Shown: positions 11,664 through 22,435 of the stretch, piece by piece
How positions within the stretch are numbered: position 1 is the stretch's first letter
Layout: each line of letters starts with the position of its first letter
NCBI GenBank assembly: GCA_965238005.1
Contig: OZ250165.1
Coordinates: 960,001-1,024,000 of the forward strand
Direction of reading: 5' to 3'
Length of the DNA stretch: 64,000 nt
Source: Longimicrobiales bacterium
GTDB lineage: Bacteria; Gemmatimonadota; Gemmatimonadetes; Longimicrobiales; Gaopeijiaceae
Made by a program: the position numbers and the translations under genes
The notes under the pieces: model-generated
Databases searched by the model: none
Told to the model about the DNA's origin: nothing
Seen by the model: only the letters and a program-made list of their open reading frames with translations

Positions 11664-12356
11664 ATGTCCACCACCCTGACTCGTCCCGGAACGTTCGTGC
11701 TCACCGCGGGCCTGATCGCCCCACTTCTATGGCCGGCCCTCGGCCCCGACTCGGCAGTTGACCAGCCGGCCACAGGGATCGTTCAAGGACGGGTGATCTT
11801 CGAGACCATACCCGATGACGAGTTCTTCGAGATCTCGGACGCCGTGATCTATCTGTCCGGCGAGGGGCTGACGACGGAGACCCCGCCAACGGAACGGGCG
11901 CCAGAGCAACTTCTTCTCGATCAGATCGACTATACGTTCGTCCCAAGGGTGATGCCCGTCCTGGCGGGTGACGAGGTGTCGTTCCACAACAGCGACGACG
12001 AGCTCCACAACATCCATACGTACGCCAAGGGAAGGCGCCGGAACCGCAACTTCAACCGCGGCCAGCGCCCCGGCTCGACGTTCTCCGGCGTTTTCGCGAG
12101 GCCCGACAGCATCCTGGTGATGTGTGACATCCACTCCCAGATGATCGCGCACATCCTGGTTCTGGAGAACGGGTTCTTCACGAAGGCCAACGACGACGGC
12201 ACCTATTCGATCACCGATGTCCCGCCGGGGCAGTACGAGCTGACCGCGTGGCACGAGTGGTTCGGGGAGGTCAAGACCACGGTCGAGGTCGGAGACGGGC
12301 AGACCGTCGAAGCCGAGGTGACCTTTTCGAGCACGTCCGAGGCGCCTCAACCGTAA
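11664..12356 (+). CDS. Exported cupredoxin-like protein with carboxypeptidase-regulatory-like C-terminal domain
   Basis: DQxxxxFxP, NSDDELHNIH, CDIHSQM (His...Cys-x2-His-x2-Met type-1 Cu pattern) and DVPPGQYELTAWH. Confidence 0.8.
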   Translation: MSTTLTRPGTFVLTAGLIAPLLWPALGPDSAVDQPATGIVQGRVIFETIPDDEFFEISDAVIYLSGEGLTTETPPTERAPEQLLLDQIDYTFVPRVMPVLAGDEVSFHNSDDELHNIHTYAKGRRRNRNFNRGQRPGSTFSGVFARPDSILVMCDIHSQMIAHILVLENGFFTKANDDGTYSITDVPPGQYELTAWHEWFGEVKTTVEVGDGQTVEAEVTFSSTSEAPQP

Positions 12357-12701
12357 GTCCCACCCCGCCCGGAGCGTAGGTTCTGAGAGCCGCTCGCTGC
12401 CTGAGCGGGCGGCTGGCCACATATGCAGGAGACCCGATGCTGCCCATCCTGTAACGTCCAGGTCGTCGTGTCCGCTTCCCGTCGGAACAGCCGGTCCATG
12501 CTTTAACCTCCGATCGGCTGAGGTCGCCGGCACACGGTCGAGGCGGGTCGGGCGACACTGAACTGTTACCGCCTCCGCCACCTCCCACAAGCGCCGGTGC
12601 CCGCCCTTGGCGAGCGCCTCGGGGGTTCTTGACCAGGGGCCAACGGGCCGCAAATTGAACCTCCGTGTAGCCCGTAGACGGCTGAGCCCACGGGAGGCTC
12701 T

Positions 12702-13554
12702 GATGAGATTCTGGAACCAACCCCGCCGCGGCCGGTTTGGCCGCTCGGCGGTATGCATAGACAGCACCATTTACGCGTTGCTGGTCTTCGGACTGGCGGC
12801 ATGCGGTGGAGACGGCGGTAGCCGTGGGGGTGCCGAGCAGACTCCCGCCTCCGCGGAGCAGTCGGCGGTGGAGGCCCCGGGCAGCGGAGGCTCCGGCTAC
12901 AGTGTGATCACCGTGGAGAACGGAGGCTCGATCAGCGGCACGATCACATTGTCCGGGACGGTCCCGGCGCCACGCACCATTGCCATCACCGACGATGTGG
13001 AAGCCTGTGGAGCGTCCGTCGAGGTGCAGGATCTGGCTGTGGGCGCCGGCGGAGGGTTGGCTAACGTCGTTGTGTCCTTGACGGACATCACCAGCGGGGC
13101 TTCCCTGGAGGTGTCCGCCTCACCTCCCACCTTGGACCAGAATCGTTGCAGGTTCACGCCCCACGTGGTACTCGTGGCCGTCGATGAGGTGCTCGAGATC
13201 GTGAACAGCGACGATGTCTCTCACAACGTCCACACCATGGCATTCGACAACCGCTCGTTCAACCGGACCCAACCCCCCGCGCTCGAGAAGGTCGAAGCGA
13301 CCTTCAGCATCGCCGAGAAGGTAGGGGTCAAGTGCGATATCCACGGTTGGATGAACGGCTGGATCGTCGTCATCGACCACCCGTACCATGCCGTCACAGG
13401 CGGTGACGGGGGCTTCGTCATCGAAAACGTCCCCCCCGGCACGTACACGCTGGAGGTCTGGCACGAGGCCCTGGGGGCGACTACGCAGACCGTGACGGTA
13501 GCGGCCGGCCAGACCAGCGACGCTAGTGTGGAGTTGACGCAGAGTTCCCAGTGA
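12702..13554 (+). CDS. Cupredoxin-like lipoprotein, paralog of the upstream gene (start uncertain)
   Basis: Lipobox LAACGG; DQNRCRFTPHV, HNVH, CDIHGWM and NVPPGTYTLEVWH; stop overlaps the next GTG (GTGA). Confidence 0.8.
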
Positions 13555-15593
13555 CCGTGAAGCTCCGCCGGTCCTCGTTCCTGGGAACGAGCACGTTGGC
13601 GCGTCTAGCCCTGTCTCCGGGAGTCGTCGCCGGATTGCTCCTTCTCGTCCTCCTGCCCGAGGTCCTCTGGGCAGCCCAGGGGGAGGCGCCGACGGCGCAC
13701 AGCGGCGTCCGAACGTTCTTCGGGCTGAGCCCCCGGGCCACCATCTGGGCGGTCGCCCAGCTCCACCTCTTGTTCGCGGCCTTCGTACTCGGGGTACCGA
13801 TCTTCGCGGTCATCGTCGAGTTCATCGGTTGGCGTACCGGTGATCAGCGCTACGATCGCCTGGCCCAGGAATTCGTCAGACTTCTGACTGTCGCCTTCGC
13901 CACCACCGCGGCCCTCGGGGGGCTCCTCGCCTTTACCCTTTTCGGGCTGTATCCGACGTTCTCCAACTACTTCATCAGCATCTTCGCCCCGTCCCTCTAC
14001 GTCTACGCGGTGTTCTTCTTCGTCGAGACAGGGATCCTGTACAGCTACTACTACTCGTGGGGTCGCCTGGCGAATCGTAAAGGCGTCCACATCACGCTAG
14101 GCGTTCTGCTCAACGTGGCGGGTACGATCCTCGTCTTCATCGGCAACGCGTGGGCCTCGTACATGATGAGCCCCGTCGGCGTGGATGAGACGGGAACGTT
14201 CGTCGGGACCACCATGGAGGCGGTCGCCAACCCACTGTGGATGCCCCTGAATATCCACCGCGTCCTGGGGAACGTGGCGTTCGGGGGGTTCGTGGTAGGC
14301 GCCTATGCCGCCGTGAAGTTCTTGGCCGCCCGTACCGAGGCGAGGCGGGCCCACTACGACTGGATGGGGTATGTGGGGAACTTCATCGGCCTGGCGGCGC
14401 TGATCCCGCTACCCTTCGCGGGTTACTACCTGGGTCGGGAGATCTACAGCGCCAGCGCGGTCATGGGGAATAACATGATGGGGGGAGCGTTCTCTTGGAC
14501 GTTCATCCTCCAGGGCTTGCTCGTCGGCTTGCTGTTCATGATCGGCAACTACTACCTGTGGTCCGGGATGAACCGCATCCCTGGGGCCGAGCGGTATCAG
14601 AGGTTCGTCAAGTACTTCAACGTCATCCTGATCGTCTGCGTCGCTATCTGGCTCACGCCACGGAACCTGCCGTTGAGCGCCGAGGAGCAGCTCGCCCTCG
14701 GCGGACAGGTCCATCCGGTGCTGGGCTACTTCGGTCTCATGGCCGCGAAGAACGCCGTCATCAATCTCATCATCCTGACGACCTTCGCCAGCTTCCTGCT
14801 CTATCGGCGGGCCAACAAGACCGACTTGGTGCCGGTGTCCGAGCAGGGTGGCGGGGCCACGATGGTCATGGTGCTCTCCGGGGGGCTGTGTCTGCTGCTC
14901 TTGGGGTGGTACGCGAGAGTCCTTTTCACCCTGCCCCCCGAGTCTCTAGGCCTGGGGCAGGAAAGGGCTGTCTACATTCGGATTCCGGCGCTCCTGCTCG
15001 TCGCGACCATGCTAGCTGTGGTGCTTGGCGTAGTGTTGGCGCTGCGCGACCGGGGTCACCTCGCCCAGATGATCTACATGGCCGTGGTGGCTCTGGGGTC
15101 GGTCGGCTTCCTCGGCGTGTACGGCTTCATCGTCATGGCTCAGGCCAACCCGCTCCTGCGGCAGGTCGCGGCAGCCCAATGGCTCATACTCATGTCCGGG
15201 TTGATCCTCGTCACGGCCATCGATGTTCTCCTGTTCCGGGGCGCCCGAAGCCTCGGGGCCATCCGCTGGGGCGAAGTCACGGCCCGCTCCCAGTACGCAT
15301 TGATCGCTCTCTGCGTGACCATAGTCTTGACCATGGGACTCATGGGGTTCGTTCGCTCGGGCCTCAGGGAGGACTGGCACATCTACGGTGTGATGCGCGA
15401 TACGTCTCAGTGGGGGTTCACCCCGACGACTGCCGTGATGACACAGATGGTGGGAGCGATCACCCTCGTGTTCCTGGCGGCCGTGGCGTTCCTCTTCTGG
15501 CTCTCGGGCCTGAGCGACAAGGAGGACGTGCTCACGGGACCCGGTGACCCGCTCCCGCGCTGGCCGGTGCTCGAACCCGCAGGATCGGACTAG
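13551..15593 (+). CDS. Cytochrome bd oxidase subunit I-like ('bd-like') membrane protein
   Basis: CydA landmarks QLHLLFAAF, FFVETGILYSYYYSWGRL, NAWASYMMSP and NIHRVLGN. The C-terminal GFVRSGLREDWHIY occupies the place of GRQPW. No obvious Q-loop; many TM helices. Confidence 0.85.
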   Translation: MTVKLRRSSFLGTSTLARLALSPGVVAGLLLLVLLPEVLWAAQGEAPTAHSGVRTFFGLSPRATIWAVAQLHLLFAAFVLGVPIFAVIVEFIGWRTGDQRYDRLAQEFVRLLTVAFATTAALGGLLAFTLFGLYPTFSNYFISIFAPSLYVYAVFFFVETGILYSYYYSWGRLANRKGVHITLGVLLNVAGTILVFIGNAWASYMMSPVGVDETGTFVGTTMEAVANPLWMPLNIHRVLGNVAFGGFVVGAYAAVKFLAARTEARRAHYDWMGYVGNFIGLAALIPLPFAGYYLGREIYSASAVMGNNMMGGAFSWTFILQGLLVGLLFMIGNYYLWSGMNRIPGAERYQRFVKYFNVILIVCVAIWLTPRNLPLSAEEQLALGGQVHPVLGYFGLMAAKNAVINLIILTTFASFLLYRRANKTDLVPVSEQGGGATMVMVLSGGLCLLLLGWYARVLFTLPPESLGLGQERAVYIRIPALLLVATMLAVVLGVVLALRDRGHLAQMIYMAVVALGSVGFLGVYGFIVMAQANPLLRQVAAAQWLILMSGLILVTAIDVLLFRGARSLGAIRWGEVTARSQYALIALCVTIVLTMGLMGFVRSGLREDWHIYGVMRDTSQWGFTPTTAVMTQMVGAITLVFLAAVAFLFWLSGLSDKEDVLTGPGDPLPRWPVLEPAGSD

Positions 15594-15596
15594 CCC

Positions 15597-16571
15597 ATGG
15601 CCGCGTTAAAGGTCTCCCTGTTCACGGTGGTCCTCATCGGGCTCTTCATCTGGTCTGGAAACGAGATCACCCGCGTCTCCGGCGAGGGTTCTCAGGCGGT
15701 GTTGGGAGAGGGTGTCAGCGTGGAGAACGGAGAGCAGATCTTCTGGGGCCCGGGAAAGTGCAGCACCTGTCATTCCATCGGCAGCCGTGGGAGCTCGGTG
15801 AGGGGTCCCAGCCTCGGTCAGTCGGATGTGGGACCGGAAATCGCCATCCGAGCCGTAGAGCGAGGTCGTGCGCGGTTGGCCGAGTTGGGGCGGGAGCTGA
15901 CGGCCACCGAGTACCTCATCGAGTCCGTCACCCGTCCAAGCGCCTTCGTCGTCGATGGCTTCAAGGACGAGATGCCTACGGTCTATGAGCCACCCATCAG
16001 CCTGGGTCTCGATCAGATCGGCTCCGTCATCCTCTACCTGCAGACGCTGGGCGGGGCACCCGACCCCGCCTCTATAGTGCTACCTCCCGACGTGCGGGCG
16101 GCGGCCGGCCGGGCGGCGGAGGTCGAAGCCTGGGCCCCGTACATGGATGGAGATTCCGTGGCGGGCCGGGAGCTGTTCTTCGACCTCGAGGGACCGACTC
16201 CGTGCGCGAAGTGCCACACGGTCGACGGCGTGGGTGGCGATATCGGTCCCGATCTCTCGGCGGTCGCAGGGACGAGAACCGCCCACTTCATCGTCGAGTC
16301 GATGCTCCAGCCGAGCGCTTCGATCGCCGGCGGATACGAGTCCGTCCTCATACAGACGTCTGACGGGCGCATCCTGGATGGAGTGATTCGGCGGGAGACG
16401 GCCGACTCGATATGGCTGGTGACGGCGGATGAGGTGGAGTACGCCCTTGCCGCTGAGAGCATCGCCCGGCGGCGCGTGCAAGAGCTCTCCCTCATGCCGG
16501 GTGACTTCGCCGAGCTGATCTCTGTGGTCGAGTTTCATGATCTCCTCGCCTACCTGCGAACGCTGCAGTAG
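15597..16571 (+). CDS. Membrane-anchored diheme cytochrome c
   Basis: CSTCH and CAKCH; N-terminal TM helix; C-terminal GPDLS...SLMP heme-domain pattern. Confidence 0.9.
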   Translation: MAALKVSLFTVVLIGLFIWSGNEITRVSGEGSQAVLGEGVSVENGEQIFWGPGKCSTCHSIGSRGSSVRGPSLGQSDVGPEIAIRAVERGRARLAELGRELTATEYLIESVTRPSAFVVDGFKDEMPTVYEPPISLGLDQIGSVILYLQTLGGAPDPASIVLPPDVRAAAGRAAEVEAWAPYMDGDSVAGRELFFDLEGPTPCAKCHTVDGVGGDIGPDLSAVAGTRTAHFIVESMLQPSASIAGGYESVLIQTSDGRILDGVIRRETADSIWLVTADEVEYALAAESIARRRVQELSLMPGDFAELISVVEFHDLLAYLRTLQ

Positions 16572-16630
16572 GAGAGTGGCCGCGTGGATGGGGCGGGAAG
16601 GATGGTCGCCGAGAACGAAGGAGGAAGGAC

Positions 16631-17422
16631 TTGAGCAGAGATAGCGAGCCTGCCCGCGGAGGAGGAGTCCTTTCGGCGGCGGTGATCATGTTCGTCGCCA
16701 TCTATCTCGGGCTCCGATTCGGAGTGCCGTGGCTGTCGGTGCTCTTGGGGCTGAGTCAAACACCGGCGCCGGTCCCCGGATTCGCATTGGGCACCTATAT
16801 GGCGTGCGTCGTGGTGGGCACCTTGATCTACATGAGCGCCGAAGAGGAGCGTTGGCATCTCTTCCTCGGTCCGATGGTTCGGGTCTTCAGCATCCCGGCC
16901 GAAGGCCCGCGGCGCTCCCAGCTACTGATCCTTGGGCTCCTCCCGCTCCTGGCCGGGTGGGCGGCCTGGCGCCGGGTGATGCCCAATCCCCGGACGCCGG
17001 CCGTGATACGCGTCCAACACCCGGCCCTCCCCGACCAGTTTGCTGGCATGGAGAACCCCTACGCCGAGGCCTCGCCCGAGGAGCGCGACGCGCTCGAGCG
17101 CGAGGGGCTGGTTCTCTATCAGAAGAACTGCAGGCCCTGCCACGGGACCCGGGCCGACGGCGCGGGTCCGCTGGCGCGCGGTCAGCGGCTCCGGCCCGTC
17201 GACTTCACCGACCCCGGGACCATCGCCACGGTGGTGGAGCCGCATCCCTTCTGGAGGATCCAGGAGGGCTCACTGGGGCTGCCGGCCATCGCAACGCCCT
17301 GGAATTCGGCCATGCCTGCGTGGGGCGACGAGCTCAGCGCCGAGGAGGTCTGGAAGATCATCATGGCCGAGTACCGCCTCTCGGGCACCGAGCCGCGTGA
17401 GCCCGAGGAGCGAGGCCGATGA
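16631..17422 (+). CDS. Membrane-bound monoheme cytochrome c
   Basis: Three TM helices, then CRPCH and distal SAMPAW. Confidence 0.88.
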   Translation: MSRDSEPARGGGVLSAAVIMFVAIYLGLRFGVPWLSVLLGLSQTPAPVPGFALGTYMACVVVGTLIYMSAEEERWHLFLGPMVRVFSIPAEGPRRSQLLILGLLPLLAGWAAWRRVMPNPRTPAVIRVQHPALPDQFAGMENPYAEASPEERDALEREGLVLYQKNCRPCHGTRADGAGPLARGQRLRPVDFTDPGTIATVVEPHPFWRIQEGSLGLPAIATPWNSAMPAWGDELSAEEVWKIIMAEYRLSGTEPREPEERGR

Positions 17423-19122
17423 CCGCACGCTTCGCTCCGTTGTTGGTGGCGTGCCTGGTGGCGTTGGCGCTGTCGGGAGTCCGGTCCGGTGTCAGCGCGG
17501 CGCAGTGGATCGAGCTGAGCGTGCCTCCTAGGCCGGATCCGGCCACGGTGGACGTCGAAGCCGGCAGGGCGGTCTACGAAGAGCGTTGTTGGTTCTGTCA
17601 CGGGGAGGAGGGCGATGGGGAGGGTCCCGTGGCACCCTATCTCTGGCCGAAGCCGCGCGACTTCACCATGGGCAGCTACAAGCTGCGCACGACCCAGAGC
17701 GGCGAGCTTCCGCTGGACGAGGATCTCTTCCGCACGATCAGTCTCGGCCTCCCCGGTACTTCGATGCCTGCGTGGCAGTCGGTGCTGCCTGGGGAGGAGC
17801 GGTGGCAGGTGATCGCCTACATCAAGAGCTTCGCCGCCGATCTGTTCGAGGACGAGTTCTTCGATCCGTACCAGGCGATCGCCGAGCTCGGGGAACGACC
17901 GGGTGGCTCCGCGGAGGAGTTGATCGCCGAGGGAGAGATCGTCTACGAAGAGAACCAGTGCTGGGAGTGCCACGGCGTGCTGGGACGGGGGAACGGAGAG
18001 CGCGTGCCCGAGCTCACGGACGATTTGGGCTATCCGATCTGGCCGGCGAACCTGCACGAGCAGTGGAAGCTCAAGGGCGGGCAGACGGTCGAGGAGATTT
18101 ATCTGCGGTTCACGACCGGCCTCGACGGAACGCCCATGCCGTCGTTCGAGGCCACCGTGACGAATGGGGAGCGATGGCAGCTGGCGTACTACATCGAATC
18201 GCTCATTCCCGACGACGGGAGCGAGTCGGCGGCCAGCGGAATCATCCGGGGACGACGGGTCGAGGGCCCGCTTCCCGACGGGCCCGACGCCTCCGAATGG
18301 GAATCAGCGAGCGAGGTCAGGGTGCCAATGACGGGGCAGGCCACCTTCGCACCGCGCTGGCAGATTCCCGCGGTGACGGACGTGGACGTGCGGGCCCTGT
18401 TCAACGACCAGGAGATCGCCTTGCGGCTGGCGTGGTACGACCGCTTCGCCGATACCGCGTCGGTCGATTCGCTTCTGGCCCTCGCCGAAGGCTACAGCGC
18501 CGACGACACCTATCCCGTCCTGTTTCCCGATGGCGAGCGTGTGCGCGGTAGGTACGCCGATGCGGCCGAGGTCATGTTCCCGGTTCGTCACCAGGACAAT
18601 CCGGTTCTTCCCCACTTCGTTTACGGCAATGCCGGTCAGCCGGTCGATCTGTGGCGTTGGCAGGCCGAGCGCCAGTACGGATCCGGAGGGTCTGCGGTGG
18701 TCGAGCTTCGGGCGGCCGGCGCCGGTGAGCCTCCGGAGGTCCACGGTCCGGAGAGCCAGCACGCGACCGGTAGCGGGACATGGACGGACGGACGCTGGTC
18801 CGTCGTGATCCGGAGGCCCCTCCGCACCGAGGTCACCACCGGGGAAGTGCAGCTCGCTGCGGGCGAGCTCGTACCGGTGGCGTTCCACATCTGGGATGGT
18901 GCCAACGGCGAGACCGGGCTCCGGATGTCGCTGTCATCCTGGATCTACCTCGACCTCAGTGAGCCCGCTTCGGCGGCCGGCTACCTTACGGTGCTCCTGA
19001 CTGTCTTGGCGGCCGCGCTCCTCGAGTGGGCCATCGTCAAATGGGTTCGGCGAGGCGCGGACCGGGAACGCTTGGCGCACTTCGGCGTGGGAGAGATGCA
19101 GGTCGGGACCGAGTCGCCATGA
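17419..19122 (+). CDS. Diheme cytochrome c fused to an ethylbenzene-dehydrogenase-gamma/DOMON-like domain, with C-terminal TM anchor
   Basis: CWFCH, CWECH, PKPRDF, TSMP and TPMP. C-terminal domain has IALRLAW, VDLWRW, GRWSVVIRRPL and VAFHIWDG. Confidence 0.85.
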   Translation: MTARFAPLLVACLVALALSGVRSGVSAAQWIELSVPPRPDPATVDVEAGRAVYEERCWFCHGEEGDGEGPVAPYLWPKPRDFTMGSYKLRTTQSGELPLDEDLFRTISLGLPGTSMPAWQSVLPGEERWQVIAYIKSFAADLFEDEFFDPYQAIAELGERPGGSAEELIAEGEIVYEENQCWECHGVLGRGNGERVPELTDDLGYPIWPANLHEQWKLKGGQTVEEIYLRFTTGLDGTPMPSFEATVTNGERWQLAYYIESLIPDDGSESAASGIIRGRRVEGPLPDGPDASEWESASEVRVPMTGQATFAPRWQIPAVTDVDVRALFNDQEIALRLAWYDRFADTASVDSLLALAEGYSADDTYPVLFPDGERVRGRYADAAEVMFPVRHQDNPVLPHFVYGNAGQPVDLWRWQAERQYGSGGSAVVELRAAGAGEPPEVHGPESQHATGSGTWTDGRWSVVIRRPLRTEVTTGEVQLAAGELVPVAFHIWDGANGETGLRMSLSSWIYLDLSEPASAAGYLTVLLTVLAAALLEWAIVKWVRRGADRERLAHFGVGEMQVGTESP

Positions 19123-19155
19123 CCTCGCGGAGCGACCGGTTCACCGACCTCGAGA

Positions 19156-22100
19156 TCAGCGCCGATGGACGATCCGACCCTCCACGATGGTCGCCACGAT
19201 CTCGCCGTCGAGGATCCGACCCGGGTCCTCGGACTCCAGTGAGAAGGGGTCGATGTCCATCACGGTGAGGTCTGCCCAGCGCCCGGCCTCGATGATGCCG
19301 GTGTCGTCTTCATTGAAGGACACGAACGCAGCCCACTGGCTGTAGGCGCGAACGGTCTCTTCCGCCGTGAGGGTCTGCGTGGAGTACCAGCCGCGGGCGG
19401 GCTCCCGGGCCTTGTTCCGCCGGGTCATGGCCGCGTGCATACCGTAGAAGACGTTCCAGTCCGACCCGGGCAGGTCGGAGTTGAACGTCAGGTCCGTTCC
19501 CACCCTCCGGAGCGTCCTCCAGGCGTACGCGCCCCGGATCCGGTCGGGTCCGACGCGGTCCTCGGCCCACACCATGTCCTCCACCGCGTGGGCGGGCTCC
19601 ATGGAGGCTTTAGCCACGGTTTCTCTGGACAGTAGATTGGCAAAGAGAGCGGGTCCAGAGAGAAAGGGACGTGATGGCCCAGAAGCCGAGGGAAAAGAAG
19701 GCGACCGAAGGTCGTGAGAAGGTACCCGAGCGGTGGAGCGCACAGCATAAGACGGAGGTGGTGCTGCGCCTGCTGCGGGGGGAGGATCTGGTGGAGGTCA
19801 GCCGCGAGGTGCAGGTCTCACCACCGGAGTTGGAGGAATGGCGGCGGGTGTTTCTGGAGACCGGTCAGCAGGGGCTGAGGCGCCGGGGCCGGGACCCTGG
19901 AGAACGAGAGCTGACCCGGACCCAGGCGAAGCTGGGAGAGTTGACGATGCGACTGGAGCTTGCGAGAGAGCTCCTGGAAAAAAGGGGGTACGGGGACGAG
20001 CTACGGACGCTCTTGAAGCGTGGACGCGAGTGAGTCCGGGGACCGGGCGGCCCTACCCTCTGACGATGATCTGCGAGGCCTGGCGGGTGGGGCGCTCGAC
20101 GGTCTATGCGGCCCGGGATCGAGAAGAGAGCGAGGGGCCGGCAGAGCCGAAGAAACGAGGACCGAAGACGAAGCTGAGCGACGAGGAGTTGGTAGAGGAG
20201 ATCCGACAGGTGCTGAAGCAGAGCGACTTCCTGGGCGAGGGTCATCGAAAGGTGAGGGCGCGCCTGAGGCCGAAGGGGATCCATGTGGGCAAGAACCGCG
20301 TGCTCAGGCTGATGCGGGAGAATGGGCTGCTGGCCCCTGTACGACGCGGGAAGCATCCGCATGGGGACCGGAGCCACAGTGGCCGGATCACGACGGACGT
20401 GCCGAACGAGCTGTGGGGCACGGACGCGACGCGGTTCTACACGAAGGAGGATGGGTGGTGCTGGTTTTTCGTGGCGGTGGATCACTGCGTCACGGACGTG
20501 GTGGGCTGGCACGTGGCGAAGAAGGGCGATCGGTGGGCAGCGCTCGAGCCGATCCGCCAGGGCGTACGGACCCACATGGACGACTACGCGCCCAAGATCG
20601 CTCTGGGGCTCGGCCTACGGCACGACTGGGGACCGCAGTACACGGCGCATCAGTTCCAGGGGGAGCTGGCCTGGCTCGGGATCCGCTCGACGGCCTCGTA
20701 CGTGGGAGAGCCGGAGTGCAACGGCGTCGCAGAGCGCTTCATGCGGACGCTGAAGGAGGAGTGCTTGTACCTCCACGACTTCAAGAGTCTCGAGGAGGCC
20801 AGACAGGAGATCGACGCGTTTATCGAACGCTACAACCGCGGGTGGCTCCTAGAGCGGCATGGGTATCGGACCCCGGCCCAGGTCCGTCAGGAGCTCACCC
20901 TGAAGGCGGCTTGATTAGGCTTTAGCCACGGCGTCGAGCCCCGCGAACCGTGGGAGGTCGTCGGGGTGGACGACCTGCGCGTGCTCGATCCGGTTCCGGT
21001 TGCCGCGGGCCCTGGGGACTTCTTCGTACACCGACTCGATGAAGTCGAGGCTCTCCCGGTTTCCGGCGTCCCCGATGGCGTGGATCGACATCTGAAAGCC
21101 CGCAGCCATCATGCGCCGCATCCACTCTGCGTCGAAGCCGTATTCCTCACCCCCCAGGCCTCTGTGTCCGGGCGTGTCCGAGTAGTCCTCGAGCAGGCGT
21201 GCTCCCCGCGAACCCAAGGCGCCATCGTAGAAGGCCTTCACCGACCGGGTGCGGAGCATCGACGCATCGTCGAGATCGGGGCCCCGTCTCTCCCAGCGGG
21301 CGAGCAGCGCCGTGTCCCGGGCCGAGAGCATGGCATAGACCCGGAGCGGTAGTCGTCCGTCGGCCTCGAGAGCCTCGAAGGCCGCCATGGCCTCCGTGGC
21401 CGCTCCGGCCTCGTGGACGGCGACGAAGCCAGATCGGGCCATCTCCTCCAGGCCGTCCAGGACCCGCTCCTTGAGCTGCTCGTGGGTCACGGCGGGGATG
21501 GCCTCTTCCAGGAGTGGGACCGCCCGGTTCAGCAGCAGACCGGTAGGTTGCCCCTGAGCGTCCTTCCGGATCTCCCCTCCCACCGGTGCCTCGGTCTCTC
21601 CCGTGATCCCCGCCAACTCGAAGGCCATGCGGTTGCCCCACCCGGCGAAGCTGTGGAGGCTTCGCATGTACACCGGGTGGTTCGGGACTCGCTCGGTGAG
21701 TAGCTCCATGTCCGGGTAGCGGTCGGCCCACGCCCCCTCGTCCCATCCGGCTCCCACGATCCAGGTGCCTTCCGGGACCTGGCTGGCGCGCTCGGCGACC
21801 AGAGCCACGGCCTCCTCCTCGGTGGCCACGTCCACGAGGTCGACGCGGGCCATCGAGGCACCTAGCTCCGCGACATGGGTGTGTGAGTCCACCAGACCCG
21901 GGAGGACCGTGGCGCCGTCGAGGTCGAGGACCTCCGTGTTCGCTCCCCGGTAGGCCTCGGCGTCTTCGGCGGTCCCCACGAATAGGATCTTTCCATTCCG
22001 GATAGCAACCGCTTCGGCGTCGGGATGCCATCCGTTCGCGGCCGCGTACGGGGCGTCCAAGGCAGGCGCCCCGTCGGGGCCGGGCTGCTCCCAGGCCAGG

Positions 22101-22204
22101 GTGTAGACCCGGGCGTTGGTCAGGAGAAGATCGGCGGACTGGGTACCGCAGGCACCCAGGACCGTGGGCAGGAGGGCCAGCAGGGGCGGTGCAGGGCGGT
22201 TCAC
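19156..22204 (-). pseudogene. YtcJ-like amidohydrolase (amidohydro_3) lipoprotein interrupted by an IS3-family element
   Basis: N-terminal part has DSHTH, KAFYDGALGSRGA, HAIGD and IEHAQ. C-terminal part has ASMEPAH, NSDLP and GRWADLTV. The IS lies between them. Confidence 0.92.
19617..20920 (+). mobile_element. IS3-family element, type 1, copy A (orfA 19671-20033, orfB about 20030-20914); right IR absent
   Basis: HTH orfA; DDE orfB (WGTD, RHDWG, ERFMRTLKEE); A6G slippery run at 19978-19984; same proteins as the copy at 34.6-35.9 kb. Confidence 0.93.
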
Positions 22205-22435
22205 GAATCGCTCCCGGGATCTGGCGTGTGACGAGCCCGGCTGACCGGACTCGAGGCCGCGTGGGTCTGACTCGCCGAGGATACTGCGGGACGACTCGCG
22301 GGACCAGTTCAGGCCGCATGGCACGCAGGTCGAGGGGCCGTCGCGCGGCCGCACCCCAGTACTCGGTCAGGCTTCTAGCGGCTCCGGGCACCCCGCTACT
22401 AAGTTCACCGCTCCACTCATCTGAAGGGAGCGCGG

